Shown: one piece after another, positions 46,373-58,177 of the stretch
How positions within the stretch are numbered: position 1 is the stretch's first letter
Layout: each line of letters begins with the position of its first letter
Origin: Candidatus Cloacimonadales bacterium
GTDB taxonomy: Bacteria > Cloacimonadota > Cloacimonadia > Cloacimonadales > JAIOQZ01
NCBI GenBank assembly: GCA_963674825.1
Contig: OY771587.1
Span: forward strand, 704,001 to 768,000
DNA length: 64,000 nt
Direction: 5' to 3'
The notes under the pieces: model-generated
Told to the model about the DNA's origin: nothing
Database searches by the model: none
Seen by the model: the letters and a program-made list of their open reading frames with translations, nothing else
Translations under genes and position numbers: made by a program

Positions 46373-48472
46373 ATGCAGAGACAAGATTTTCTATACGAAA
46401 TCGGTGTGGAGGAAATACCCGCCGGATTCATCGACAAGGCAATGAAGAAGCTTGAGTCGTGGTTCAAGGAACAGCTCAAGCAGCATAAACTTTCATACGA
46501 AGCAATGCACCTCTATAGCACGCCACGCCGCTTCGCTATCCTGATCGAGCAGCTTCAGACCATGCAGGAAGACGAAGTCATGGAGCGTATCGGACCAGCC
46601 GAACGCATCGCTTACGACGCCGATGGCAACCTCTCCAAAGCAGGACAGGGCTTTCTGCGCGGTGCCGGCGCTACAGAGGACGACGTTTACATCAAAGAAA
46701 CCGACAAGGGCAGATACATCGGTATTCGCATCGAGAAGAAAGGGCAACCGGCAAAGGATATCCTTAAGGAAATCTGCACCGGAATCCTGCGGGAATTCAA
46801 CTTCCCAAAATCGATGCGCTGGAATACCCGCGAATTCACCTTCGCAAGACCGGTTCGCTGGTTACTGGCGCTTCTTGGTGAGGAAATCATCCCCATCCGC
46901 GAAACCGGCCTGAAGAGCGACCGCTATACCTGGGGTAATCGCTGGCAGAAACTGGAAAACCGGATCGAGATTGCATCGCCGTCCGAATACCTTCAAAAGC
47001 TCGAAGCCGTGAAGGTCATCCCGCAGCGGGAACGCCGTGAACAGATGATTCGCGAACAGCTCGCCAACCTCGAGAAGAGCGACAATCTGCATGTTATCAT
47101 GGATGAACGTCTGATCGAAATCTGCACCGACCTGGTGGAATCCCCGACGGCTGTTGCCGCTGAATTCGACGAACGTTTCCTTCGTTTGCCCGAAAAGATC
47201 ATCACCTCTACCCTCTCCGAGCACCAGAAATGCTTTGCGGCAGAGGACAAAGACGGCAAGCTGGTCAACAAGTTCATCTTCATCTCCAATGGTGATCCGA
47301 ACTACTCCGACCTGATCAAGCTGGGCAACGAGAAGGTTATTCGCCCAAGATTGAACGACGCCGAATTTTACTACGACGAAGATACCGCACAGCCGCTGGA
47401 GAGCTTCGTGCCGCGCCTCGAGGATGTTACATTCCAGGCGAAGCTCGGAACCCTTCTGGAAAAGACGGGACGCATCCGCAACCTGTGCGAATTCATAAGC
47501 AAGCAAGTCAGCCTCGATGCAGAAACCGCAACGAACGCCGACCGCGCAGCGCTGCTCTGCAAAACCGACCTGGTGACCACCATGCTCGGTGAGAAAGAGT
47601 TCACCAAGCTCCAGGGCTATATCGGCGGCAAATACGCCCTCCAGTGCGGCGAACCGCAAGATGTGGCGACCGCTATCGAAGAGCATTACCTTCCGCGCGG
47701 CCAGAACGACGGACTACCCACCACGATTCCCGGCGCACTCGTCGCTATCAGCGACAAGCTGGACACTGTATGTGGCATTATCGGCGTCGATATGATCCCC
47801 ACCGGATCGAACGACCCCTTCGCGCTCCGTCGCGCCGCCAACGGTATTGTGCTCATCATCGACCAGTTCGGATTCGAACTCAGCATCCTCGATCTCATCG
47901 ATCACAGTTTCCAACTGCTGGAAGAAAAGCTCGAGGAGAAGGATCACAACAAGAAAATCGTGCGCGATTTCTTCAAGCAACGGGTCGATTGGCTCCTCCA
48001 ACAGAAGAACATCGACTACGACGTAATCGCCAGCGTGATGCACATCGATTACAGCAACATCCCGGACCTCGTCCACCGTGCACAGGCACTGCAGGCTTTT
48101 AAAACGCGTGACGACTTCACCCGGCTGGTGCTTGGTTTCAAGCGCGTTTCCAACATCATCGAGGAAGCCGGCGAGCTGAAGCCGGTCAATCCCGAATTGC
48201 TGCAAGAGGCCGCAGAAAAAGCACTCTACGAAGGCTATGTTGCCCTTGAAAAGCGTATCGTCGAGTTGCTTCCCAAGAAAGACTACACTACATGTCTCGA
48301 TCTGCTGGTCGAATACGGCGCTGCCATCGACCGGTTCTTCGACGACGTGCTGGTCAACACCGAAGATATTCCAATAAGAAAAAATCGATACAGCCTGTTA
48401 TCCGGCATCAGGAAACTTTTCCTGCGTATTGCCGATATCGCCAAAATCGTTGTTGAAGGAGATCAATCATGA
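46373..48472 (+). CDS. glyS: Glycine--tRNA ligase beta subunit
   Basis: EIGVEEIPA, TPRR, PKSMRW, FARPVRW, GNEKVIRPRLNDAEF, LQGYIG, EHYLP, DKLDT, PTGSNDPFALRR. Confidence 0.97.
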   Translation: MQRQDFLYEIGVEEIPAGFIDKAMKKLESWFKEQLKQHKLSYEAMHLYSTPRRFAILIEQLQTMQEDEVMERIGPAERIAYDADGNLSKAGQGFLRGAGATEDDVYIKETDKGRYIGIRIEKKGQPAKDILKEICTGILREFNFPKSMRWNTREFTFARPVRWLLALLGEEIIPIRETGLKSDRYTWGNRWQKLENRIEIASPSEYLQKLEAVKVIPQRERREQMIREQLANLEKSDNLHVIMDERLIEICTDLVESPTAVAAEFDERFLRLPEKIITSTLSEHQKCFAAEDKDGKLVNKFIFISNGDPNYSDLIKLGNEKVIRPRLNDAEFYYDEDTAQPLESFVPRLEDVTFQAKLGTLLEKTGRIRNLCEFISKQVSLDAETATNADRAALLCKTDLVTTMLGEKEFTKLQGYIGGKYALQCGEPQDVATAIEEHYLPRGQNDGLPTTIPGALVAISDKLDTVCGIIGVDMIPTGSNDPFALRRAANGIVLIIDQFGFELSILDLIDHSFQLLEEKLEEKDHNKKIVRDFFKQRVDWLLQQKNIDYDVIASVMHIDYSNIPDLVHRAQALQAFKTRDDFTRLVLGFKRVSNIIEEAGELKPVNPELLQEAAEKALYEGYVALEKRIVELLPKKDYTTCLDLLVEYGAAIDRFFDDVLVNTEDIPIRKNRYSLLSGIRKLFLRIADIAKIVVEGDQS

Positions 48473-49458
48473 ACATCGTTGAAACTCTGAGAGAAAAGGC
48501 GAAACAAAACGTTCGCACCGTCGTCCTTCCAGAAGCATACGACGATCGCACCCTCATCGCCTGCGCCGAAATCCAGCGTCTGGGACTGGCCAAGCCGCTC
48601 CTGCTGGGTGACCCGGAAACCGTTAAACAGCAAGCCGCGAAGCTCAACGTCGAGCTTGGCGATACACAGATCATCGACCCCGCTACCTACGAGAAGAACG
48701 CCGAATTCGCGGAGTTCCTCTACGATCGCCGTAAAAAACGCGGTATGACAATGGAAGTTGCCACCGAGACCGTAAAAGACGCCCTTTATTCCGGCGCGCT
48801 GATGGTCAAGTTCGGTGTCGCTCACTGCATGGTTGCCGGCGCTGCGAATACCACTGCGGACGTCCTGCGCGCCGCGCTACAGGTAGTCGGTGTCCAGGCC
48901 GGACTCAAGACCGTCTCCAGCTCGTTCATCATGGTCGTTCCAGACTACATGGGCGAAGACCGCATTTACCTCTTTGCAGACTGTGCCGTTGTCCCGAATC
49001 CGGATGCCGCGCAGCTTGCCGACATCGCCATGAGTACTGCAACCACTCGCAAGAAACTCATCGGCGACGATCCGAAAGTCGCGCTTCTTTCCTTCGCGAC
49101 CAAAGGCAGCGCTCAGCACGAGCTGGTGGACAAGGTTCTCGAAACCAGGTCCATCCTCGACGAACGCAAGGTCGATTTCGAATACGATGGCGAGCTCCAG
49201 CTCGACGCCGCGATCGTTCCAAAGATCGCCGAGAAGAAAGCTCCCGGCAGTAAAGTTGCCGGTAACGCCAACGTCCTGATTTTCCCCGACCTGCAAGCAG
49301 GAAACATTGGCTACAAGCTCGTTCAGCGCTTCGCCAAAGCTGAAGCGATCGGCCCGGTTATCCAGGGTCTCGCGGCACCGATCTGCGATCTTTCGCGCGG
49401 TTGTTCCGCGGAAGACATCGTCAACACGAGCGTGCTGGCATCGTTGATGTCCGTATAA
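48469..49458 (+). CDS. pta: Phosphate acetyltransferase
   Basis: VVLPE, FADCAVVPNP, VALLSF.TKGSA, DGELQLDAAIV, IFPDLQAGNIGYK, DLSRGCS. Confidence 0.95.
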   Translation: MNIVETLREKAKQNVRTVVLPEAYDDRTLIACAEIQRLGLAKPLLLGDPETVKQQAAKLNVELGDTQIIDPATYEKNAEFAEFLYDRRKKRGMTMEVATETVKDALYSGALMVKFGVAHCMVAGAANTTADVLRAALQVVGVQAGLKTVSSSFIMVVPDYMGEDRIYLFADCAVVPNPDAAQLADIAMSTATTRKKLIGDDPKVALLSFATKGSAQHELVDKVLETRSILDERKVDFEYDGELQLDAAIVPKIAEKKAPGSKVAGNANVLIFPDLQAGNIGYKLVQRFAKAEAIGPVIQGLAAPICDLSRGCSAEDIVNTSVLASLMSV

Positions 49459-49476
49459 TCAATTCTTTTACACTAC

Positions 49477-49508
49477 AAAGGATCAGGTGAATGCCTGATC
49501 CTTTTTTT
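49477..49508 (+). terminator. Intrinsic terminator after pta
   Basis: aaaggatcagg-tgaatg-cctgatccttt-tttt. Confidence 0.9.
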
Positions 49509-49817
49509 ATCCGCGACCCGACGAAATCGTCTTCTGAATGTCCCGAACGTAGCGAGGCTTTCAAAAGAAGAGATGCCAAGCAATGTAAGATTCGATTTAT
49601 CAGACTACGTCTGAAAATCACAGGGCTTGGCGCTCCAAGGAGAGGGGACCCAGTCGCTTGAAGATTCCAGGTATTGTTCAAAACCTACTTGGCGTCCGCG
49701 TAACCAGGTTAAGCTGCAGGGGGCAGACCACTGTGTCTGCCCTTCTCTTATAATATCATCTTCCGAATGTTGATTTTATGGGTTATTGATGATTGATGAG
49801 GAGGTAGGGAATTAGAG

Positions 49818-49850
49818 ATGCAGAGCTGGAGCTCTGCGCAACCAGGCGGA
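49818..49850. repeat. REP-like hairpin element, copy A
   Basis: atgcagagc-tgga-gctctgcgcaaccaggcgga; 26/33 identical to 53357-53389. Confidence 0.7.
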
Positions 49851-49961
49851 GAAAAGAAACGGAACCAGCGAGCCGGTTCCGCATTTGTTTCTATCTGTAG
49901 CCCTTGAATGAGAAAAGGCCTCTCTTGTTGCATTTACTCGTACTTGGTAACTCGTACCTTC

Positions 49962-51179
49962 TTACTCGTATCTGAGCGCGTCGATCGGGTTTAATCTCGA
50001 CGCCTTACGCGCCGGATACCATCCGAAGAACACGCCGACGAAGCCTGCAAACAGGAACGAGATTGTGATAATCTTCGGTTCAGCAACCGCCGGAAGCCCG
50101 GCGTAGTTGTTCAGGATGAAGATCAATCCGAAGGCCAGCAGGATACCTGTGATACCGCCGATCATGCTCAGCACAATCGATTCGGTGAGGAACTGCATCA
50201 TGACGTCCTTGCCGCGCGCACCTACCGAAAGCCGGATACCAATCTCACGAGTACGCTCGGTAACGGAGACCAGCATGATGTTCATGATACCGATACCGCC
50301 AACAATCAGCGATACGCCGGCAATCGCCGCCAGGAGCGCTGTCATTGTATCCGCGGTGGATGTCATCATATCGGTGAGTTCCGACTGGCTACGCACCCAG
50401 AAATCCGCGTTCTCGAGATCCGCCTGCTCGTGAGCCCTGAGCATCAATTGCTCCACTTCCGCGATAGCCTGATCCACAACTTCCGCCGAATTAGCGCTGA
50501 TGTAAATCTGATCCAGGCTGGTTCCACCTTTGAGGCGATACAGCGCTGTCGTGACCGGCATCAGGATGAGATCGTCCTGGTCATGCCCCATCTGGTTCTC
50601 ACCCTTTTCTTTGAGCGTACCGATCACCTTGAACGGCGTGTTTCTGATACGGATGCGCGATCCAACCGGATCGATTCCGCTATCGCCGTAAAGCTCCTCG
50701 ATGACCGTCTGACCAAGAAGGCAGACCTTCTTCTTGCTGGTAACATCGCGATCAGTGAACATCGTGCCGGTTTCGATTTCCCATTTTCGAATGTTGAGAT
50801 ATGGCGGCTCGACACCTTCGATCGAAGTATTGATATTATTACCGTTTGCGACCACCTGTGCCGAGGTTCGCACATTGGCGGAGATATCCGTAAAATTCTT
50901 GCCGTTTTCCTGAAGGAACTCCACATCGTCGAAGCTTAGTTCGTTCCTGTCGCTGGATGATACACCACGGAAGCGGAAACGGGCGTTACCAACTATAATC
51001 ATGTTGGTTCCCATCGACTGAATGTTTTGCTCGATCTGCTTCGAAGAACCGCGCCCCACACCGACCATCACAATCACCGAACACACGCCGATGATTATGC
51101 CCAGCGAGGTGAGGAACGAGCGCATCTTGTTCTTCATGATGCTCAAGAGGGAGACTTTGAGAATGTTAAGCCACTTCAT
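49962..51179 (-). CDS. MacB-family ABC permease
   Basis: [57 protein letters not shown]. Confidence 0.95.
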   Translation of the reverse strand: MKWLNILKVSLLSIMKNKMRSFLTSLGIIIGVCSVIVMVGVGRGSSKQIEQNIQSMGTNMIIVGNARFRFRGVSSSDRNELSFDDVEFLQENGKNFTDISANVRTSAQVVANGNNINTSIEGVEPPYLNIRKWEIETGTMFTDRDVTSKKKVCLLGQTVIEELYGDSGIDPVGSRIRIRNTPFKVIGTLKEKGENQMGHDQDDLILMPVTTALYRLKGGTSLDQIYISANSAEVVDQAIAEVEQLMLRAHEQADLENADFWVRSQSELTDMMTSTADTMTALLAAIAGVSLIVGGIGIMNIMLVSVTERTREIGIRLSVGARGKDVMMQFLTESIVLSMIGGITGILLAFGLIFILNNYAGLPAVAEPKIITISFLFAGFVGVFFGWYPARKASRLNPIDALRYE

Positions 51180-51915
51180 CGTCCACCTCCTTGAGTCGCT
51201 TCAATTCTTCGTTAGCATTCAAGCGCTTCGTAACTACTTCATCTTTGACGATGCGACCATCTAGAAGTACTACCTTACGCTTGGCATAGAGTGATATATC
51301 CGGCTCGTGGGTCACCAGAACGATGGTAATCCCTTGGTTGTTCAGCTCTTGAAAGAGTTTCATTACATCGACGGATGTTCGGGAGTCGAGGTTACCCGTC
51401 GGTTCGTCAGCTAGCAGAATCGCCGGTTCGTTGACCAGCGATCGCGCGATCGCGACACGCTGTTGCTGTCCGCCGGAAAGCTGGTTTGGTTCGTGATGCG
51501 CCCGTTCGGTGAGTCCAACCATGTCGAGGCACTCAAGTGCTTTCTTTTTTGCATTCTCGATACGATGCGAGCGATCATAAAGCAACGGCAGCTCCACATT
51601 CTCCAACGCGGTGGTACGTGCGAGCAGATTGAAGCTCTGGAATACGAATCCGATCTTCTGGTTGCGGATATCGGCGTACTGGTCCGGCTTCAGAGAACTC
51701 ACATCGGTATCGTCCAGCAGATAGGTACCGGAGGTCATTTCATCAAGACAGCCGATAATATTCATCAGCGTCGATTTCCCCGAACCGGACGCTCCCATGA
51801 TGGCTACAAATTCGCCTTCGTGAATACTCAGATCAACTCCGCGGAGCGCATGTACCTTCTGGGATCCAAGCATATAGTCCTTGGTCAGGTTCTTTATTTC
51901 GATTACCGGTTTCAT
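51166..51915 (-). CDS. MacB/LolD-family ABC ATPase
   Basis: [30 protein letters not shown]. Confidence 0.96.
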   Translation of the reverse strand: MKPVIEIKNLTKDYMLGSQKVHALRGVDLSIHEGEFVAIMGASGSGKSTLMNIIGCLDEMTSGTYLLDDTDVSSLKPDQYADIRNQKIGFVFQSFNLLARTTALENVELPLLYDRSHRIENAKKKALECLDMVGLTERAHHEPNQLSGGQQQRVAIARSLVNEPAILLADEPTGNLDSRTSVDVMKLFQELNNQGITIVLVTHEPDISLYAKRKVVLLDGRIVKDEVVTKRLNANEELKRLKEVDDEVA

Positions 51916-51917
51916 TT

Positions 51918-53177
51918 TCAGTGTCTCCCAGGACCACGCATACTACCTCCGAAAAGGTTGTTGCTCTGCTTTGCACTGGTACTACTGGATGAACTCGACG
52001 AGGCCATCTTGGTTACAACCTGCATACCTTCTTTGAGATTCTTGCCGGTCACTTCGGTGAAAACACCGTCCGTGGATCCCGTCTTCACAAACATCATGTC
52101 AAGTTCACCATTCTCATTGACAAACCACAGCGTCGGGCGATCCTGAAAGTTTTTGCCTGATCGTGCTGAAGATGCGCCCTGCGGTCTCTGGCCTGATTGC
52201 GGTGCATTACCATCTTTCTGACGCTGACTGAATTTACGTTGCATTACCTGACGGATTACATCCATCGAAGGCTGGAAGCTGAGCGCTGTATTGGGTACAC
52301 GCAGGACATCTTTCTTCTGATCGATGATAAAATCGACTGTCGCTGTCATGCCTGGCATAAGGATCAAGTCGGGATTTGTTGCTGAAATCACGACGATGTA
52401 GTTTACCACATTGGAGACCGTTTCGGGTAGAAGTCGCACCTGTTTTACAGAACCCGAATACACACTGTCCGGGAAGGCATCCACGCTGAACGTTACTTCC
52501 TGGCCTTTCTTGATCTGACCGATATCGCTTTCATCGACGTATGCAAAGATTTCCATCTCGGTGAGGTCTTTTGCAATGGTGAAAAGTGTTGGCGTCGAAT
52601 AGCTTGCTGCAACTGTCTGACCTTCTTCGATGTCACGGTCGATCACAATGCCGTTGATTGGCGAGCGGATGACCGAGTAAAGGTCCAGGTTGTTGCGGTT
52701 CTGCATGTATTTTGTCTTTATGGATGAATATGAGGCATCGGCAGAAATATAGCTGATTCGCGAATCCTCCAGGTCGAATTCTGAGATTAATTCTTCCTCG
52801 AATAATTTCTTGTTGCTCTCGTATTCGAGCTTGGCTTTTAGCATTTTAGCTTCGGACGCCTTTAACTCCGCTCTTGACGACTCCATCGTTAGGTGGAGCT
52901 GAGTAGTATCCATTATTGCCAGAACCTGATCGACCTTTACGATATCGTTGTAATCAACCAGAACTTTGGAAACGGTTCCGGATATCTGCGTGCCGACTTC
53001 AACGGTCCCGGTCGTTTCGAGCGTTCCCGTACTACTTACCAGATTCTCGATATCACCGCGCGTTACTTCCCCGTAGGTTGTTTGGGACTCGGTTTCCGGC
53101 GATTCCTTGCGGACGAAATATAGCACTGCTGCTGCAATTACTGCAAGAATCACGATTGCTATCAGGATTTTTTTCAT
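51918..53177 (-). CDS. MacA-like periplasmic adaptor
   Basis: [42 protein letters not shown]. Confidence 0.93.
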   Translation of the reverse strand: MKKILIAIVILAVIAAAVLYFVRKESPETESQTTYGEVTRGDIENLVSSTGTLETTGTVEVGTQISGTVSKVLVDYNDIVKVDQVLAIMDTTQLHLTMESSRAELKASEAKMLKAKLEYESNKKLFEEELISEFDLEDSRISYISADASYSSIKTKYMQNRNNLDLYSVIRSPINGIVIDRDIEEGQTVAASYSTPTLFTIAKDLTEMEIFAYVDESDIGQIKKGQEVTFSVDAFPDSVYSGSVKQVRLLPETVSNVVNYIVVISATNPDLILMPGMTATVDFIIDQKKDVLRVPNTALSFQPSMDVIRQVMQRKFSQRQKDGNAPQSGQRPQGASSARSGKNFQDRPTLWFVNENGELDMMFVKTGSTDGVFTEVTGKNLKEGMQVVTKMASSSSSSSTSAKQSNNLFGGSMRGPGRH

Positions 53178-53356
53178 GTGTGCTCCAGTCTATTTTGCTT
53201 TATACTCTAAGACACTCTGTACTGAAAATAACTGCGAAAACTCTGTTGGGAAATATTATTCCCGAAACATTCTGTAAAGACATTTCGAGACGAGAATGGC
53301 TACAACTTCCAGGATAACCTCTTGTGTCAATTCCATGTGCTTCCAAGAGGATGGTT

Positions 53357-53389
53357 ATGCAGACGAGGACGTCTGCGCACCCAGGTGGA
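53357..53389. repeat. REP-like hairpin element, copy B
   Basis: atgcagacg-agga-cgtctgcgcacccaggtgga. Confidence 0.7.
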
Positions 53390-53394
53390 AGGAT

Positions 53395-53425
53395 AAAAAA
53401 AGCCCCGAGGCATTTGCATCGGGGC
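53395..53425 (-). terminator. Intrinsic terminator after clpX
   Basis: gccccga...tcggggc with a 7-T run on the minus strand. Confidence 0.8.
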
Positions 53426-53445
53426 GTTGATTATCGTAGTGGGAA

Positions 53446-54684
<1,239 letters not shown>

Positions 54685-54709
54685 AATAAAACCTCTCTAA
54701 AAGGAACAC

Positions 54710-55303
54710 CTATTTCTTATCTGGTCTCTTCTCTTTTACATCGTCAATCAAGCCGTATTCTTTAGCTTCATTTGCGCGCATGAAGAAGTTTCTGTCGGTG
54801 TCCTTTTCGATCTTTTCAAGCGGTTGCCCGGTATGGAAAGCGAGCAGTTCGTTCATCCGCTTTTTTGTATAGAGAATTTCTTTCGTCTGAATCTCGATAT
54901 CGCTTGCCTGACCCTGCGCACCACCGAGGGGCTGGTGGATCATGACACGGCTATTGGGCAGCGCGTAGCGTTTGCCCTTTTCGCCTGCCGCTAGCAGAAA
55001 TGCCGCCATGCTGGCTGCCTGACCGAGTGCGATGGTGCTCACGGCCGGACGAATGAACTGCATGGTGTCATAGATCGCCATACCAGAGGTGATGATACCG
55101 CCGGGACTATTGATGTACATGTAGATATCCTTCTCGGGATTCTCGCCTTCAAGGTGAATCAACTGCGCAATAATCGTATTGGCCACGATGTCGTCAATGG
55201 GCGAACCGAGAAAGATGATACGGTCCTTGAGCAGGCGTGAATAGATATCATACGCCCGTTCGTTACGACCGCTCTGTTCTACGACTATCGGTACTAACGG
55301 CAT
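54710..55303 (-). CDS. clpP: Clp protease proteolytic subunit
   Basis: [38 protein letters not shown]. Confidence 0.98.
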   Translation of the reverse strand: MPLVPIVVEQSGRNERAYDIYSRLLKDRIIFLGSPIDDIVANTIIAQLIHLEGENPEKDIYMYINSPGGIITSGMAIYDTMQFIRPAVSTIALGQAASMAAFLLAAGEKGKRYALPNSRVMIHQPLGGAQGQASDIEIQTKEILYTKKRMNELLAFHTGQPLEKIEKDTDRNFFMRANEAKEYGLIDDVKEKRPDKK

Positions 55304-55305
55304 GG

Positions 55306-56622
55306 TTACTCCTTGGTTTCTTCGGTAGCTTCCGCGTTCTCTTCCCTTTTCGGAACCGGCACGATCTTCGAGCTGTCTTTCACTGTCTGCATGATTTTCT
55401 TGCGAACGATCGCATCCCGGAAATCATCCGAGTCGATCTGCTTCTGATACCGCTCGCGGTATTCTTCCGGCTTCAGGTTCATGCTTTCAGCCAGCTCATC
55501 GATCATTGCTGATTTATCATCATCAGTAACGTCTATATCAAGCATCTGTTTCAGCTTATCAACGATATAATACTCGCGAACACTGCGCTCGGCAACCGGG
55601 ATGTATGCGGGAGCGATCTGCTCAACCGGCATGTTGTATTGTTTTGCCATCGATTCAGACATCTGATAGGCATAGTTTTCCACAAAACGCTTCGGAACGT
55701 CAAATTCGTTCGCTTTGATCAGCGCGGTGATGATCGCTTCTTCCTCAACCTGGCGATTCTCGCGATCGGCTTGGGTCTGGAGTTCCTTGCGGATGCTCTC
55801 TCGCATTGCGTCCATCGATTCGAAATCGGCGTCTTTCGCGAAGTCGTCGTTCAGCTCAGGCAGCACAAGCTGCTTCACCTGCTTCACGACGAAGCGGAAT
55901 TTATTGTTGGAATAGTGCGCGCGGACTTCGTCCTTCTCATCTTCGCGTTTGTCGAAGAGTTCGGCTTCACCCTGATCACCGGGCTTCATGCCGATAAGCT
56001 GTTCGTTGAGCGATTTGGAGAAGGGGTTCTTGCCCACTTCGATTTCACGCTCAACCGGCTTGACATCCTGGCCTTCAAGTTCGCCTTCTTCTTCGCCCTG
56101 GATGCTGGAATTGATATAAAGTTCGATATCGACGAACGAATTTTCGCCAACCGGTTCATCCACCGGCTCAACGTTTCCAACTTCGCGACGGGTCTTTTCG
56201 ATTGTCTCGTCAACCATCTCGTCGGTCACTTCCCGCGGATCGAATTCGATTTCCAAATTCTGGTACGTCATGTCGCCGAGTTCAGGCTTGATCTCATAAC
56301 GATACGTAGCCACGAACGGCTTATCGCGTTCCCATTCCCACTTGGTGGGTTCGGCTTCGGTGACGGGATGAATATCTTCTTTCTCAAGCGCTTCGATATA
56401 ATAATCTTTCAGCTTCTCGTTAATGAATTCGTCTTTTGCGCGATCGCCGTAAAGGTTCTCGACCATGGCCATCGGCGCTTTGCCCTTACGGAAACCCGGA
56501 ACAACCGCATACTTGCGGAACTGCCCAAGCATTTTCCGGTAATCCTGCATCGCTTCTTCAGCCGGAACCGTTACGGTCAGCTCATATTCGCAGGATGTGA
56601 TTGCTTTGATTTCTCTTTCCAA
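55306..56622 (-). CDS. tig: Trigger factor
   Basis: [19 protein letters not shown]; tig-clpP-clpX order; TTG start after AGGAG. Confidence 0.95.
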   Translation of the reverse strand: MEREIKAITSCEYELTVTVPAEEAMQDYRKMLGQFRKYAVVPGFRKGKAPMAMVENLYGDRAKDEFINEKLKDYYIEALEKEDIHPVTEAEPTKWEWERDKPFVATYRYEIKPELGDMTYQNLEIEFDPREVTDEMVDETIEKTRREVGNVEPVDEPVGENSFVDIELYINSSIQGEEEGELEGQDVKPVEREIEVGKNPFSKSLNEQLIGMKPGDQGEAELFDKREDEKDEVRAHYSNNKFRFVVKQVKQLVLPELNDDFAKDADFESMDAMRESIRKELQTQADRENRQVEEEAIITALIKANEFDVPKRFVENYAYQMSESMAKQYNMPVEQIAPAYIPVAERSVREYYIVDKLKQMLDIDVTDDDKSAMIDELAESMNLKPEEYRERYQKQIDSDDFRDAIVRKKIMQTVKDSSKIVPVPKREENAEATEETKE

Positions 56623-56654
56623 TTTTATCTCCTGATTTTGTATAATTTAAATTC

Positions 56655-56741
56655 TGGTGCGAAAGAGGGGATTTGAACCCCTACGAGATCTCTCCCACTG
56701 GATTCTAAGTCCAGCGCGTCTGCCAATTCCGCCACTTTCGC
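56655..56741 (-). tRNA. tRNA-Leu(TAG)
   Basis: GCGAAAGTGGCGGAATTGGCAGACGCG-CTGGA CT TAG AA TCCAG-long variable arm-AGGGGTTCAAATCCCCTCTTTCGCACCA. Confidence 0.97.
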
Positions 56742-56817
56742 AACCTATTGGTATTTTAATGGGTAAGCGAATTTCAGAACCGCTTTTATGTCAAGCGGAA
56801 TCCGTTCCCATAACGAA

Positions 56818-56843
56818 GAAAAGCGGCATGAGTGCCGCTTTTC
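56818..56843 (-). terminator. Intrinsic terminator after the TPR gene
   Basis: gaaaagcggca-tgag-tgccgcttttc. Confidence 0.8.
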
Positions 56844-56863
56844 GTATATCTTTGAAGGCCTGC

Positions 56864-58012
56864 TTAATTCATCTTTTTGAGCATGTCTTCGTATTTCTTA
56901 GTCAGTTCCTTGTTACCAAGTTCCGTAGCAGCGCGGTACATGAGCTGAACCGGTTCTTTCTTGGTCGGCTGGAGTTCATGCCACTTGTTCGCGGCTTCGA
57001 TGACCTTTTCATACTGCTTGACGTTGTAATACTTATAGCTCAATGACATCAGATAATCAACGTTCTCGGGATCGATTTCAACCATCTTTTCAAGGAACTT
57101 GACGCTGTTGTCCGGCTCGTTGAAGTCCAGCGAGTAGTTGTATGCATATGGAAGAGCTTCGATGTTGGCGGGATCGATTTCCAGCACCTTCTTGAAGTTC
57201 GTGTAGGCTTTCTCGTGGTCTTTCAGGCTGACATAGCAGATCGCCATGTTCATGTAGTTGGCCACTGAATCTGGCTGAGCTTCTGCAAGTTCCTGGTAAA
57301 TATTGGCTGCTTCCTGGTATTTCTGAAGACTGAACAGGATCGATGCGGCTGTTTCTTTCCAATCGAGATGTTCCGGAGCCTTCTGTGCAGCGGTCAGCAT
57401 GTATTCGGCTGCTTTCTCCATGTTTTTCTGCTTGATCTCGACGTTGCCGAGAAGCAGGTATGCGTTCGCATATTCGGGATCGATTGCAAGAAGGCGATCG
57501 ATCGCGGCTTTGGTCTGATCCATCTCATCTTTCGTGAAATGACCCAGCGCAACGTTGTATATCTTGACGACGCAAGCGTAGAGCTTTGATTCGCTGACTT
57601 TCTTCACGTCGGCAAAGGTCATCTTGCGTACTTTTCCATTTTCGTCTTCAAATTTCAGATCGATATTTTCTTTCTCGATGTTGACCTTATCCTGGACCTT
57701 CTCAATCGCTGCAATACATGTGGAATAATATTCGTAAGCCTTTTCGTAGAGATCGACCTTCGTTCCGTCCGGTGAAGGGACCTTCTCGTAGAAGTACGTC
57801 TCACCAACAGCGTAAAGCGCTTCGATGTAATCTTCGTCTTCGGTATCCTTGACTTCTCCCAGATATTTCTGGTAGTACTCGAGGGCCTTGTCGTCCTTTC
57901 CCTGCGAGCTATACAGCTTGGCGCTGCGTAAATCTCTTGAACCGGCAAACAGTGCGCCGAATGCAAACAGCAGCAGTGTTGTCAGTACGATCAGATTCTT
58001 CTTTCGTAACAT
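56864..58012 (-). CDS. Exported tetratricopeptide-repeat protein
   Basis: Signal peptide; repeated A...Y/F..VL.IDP.N patterns. Confidence 0.85.
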   Translation of the reverse strand: MLRKKNLIVLTTLLLFAFGALFAGSRDLRSAKLYSSQGKDDKALEYYQKYLGEVKDTEDEDYIEALYAVGETYFYEKVPSPDGTKVDLYEKAYEYYSTCIAAIEKVQDKVNIEKENIDLKFEDENGKVRKMTFADVKKVSESKLYACVVKIYNVALGHFTKDEMDQTKAAIDRLLAIDPEYANAYLLLGNVEIKQKNMEKAAEYMLTAAQKAPEHLDWKETAASILFSLQKYQEAANIYQELAEAQPDSVANYMNMAICYVSLKDHEKAYTNFKKVLEIDPANIEALPYAYNYSLDFNEPDNSVKFLEKMVEIDPENVDYLMSLSYKYYNVKQYEKVIEAANKWHELQPTKKEPVQLMYRAATELGNKELTKKYEDMLKKMN

Positions 58013-58177
58013 TGTAATCCTCCATCTATCGTGTCATAAACCTCAAGCTGAGAACTGCCGCAAGCCAATTGACCTGCGGCAATTCATAGATTATGATCTT
58101 TTTTAATACCGATTTTCGGTCAAGGACTTTTTCTGATCCGACCGCCCGGGAAATACCCGAAACTACCTGAAATAAAT

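Noticed and set aside
46373..49458. glyS without glyQ and pta without ackA
   Set aside because: Split arrangements of these genes are common; the partners are probably elsewhere in the genome.
49934..49971. Three copies of actcgta at a 14-nt period over the permease stop codon
   Set aside because: Very short, low-information repeat; no function can be supported.
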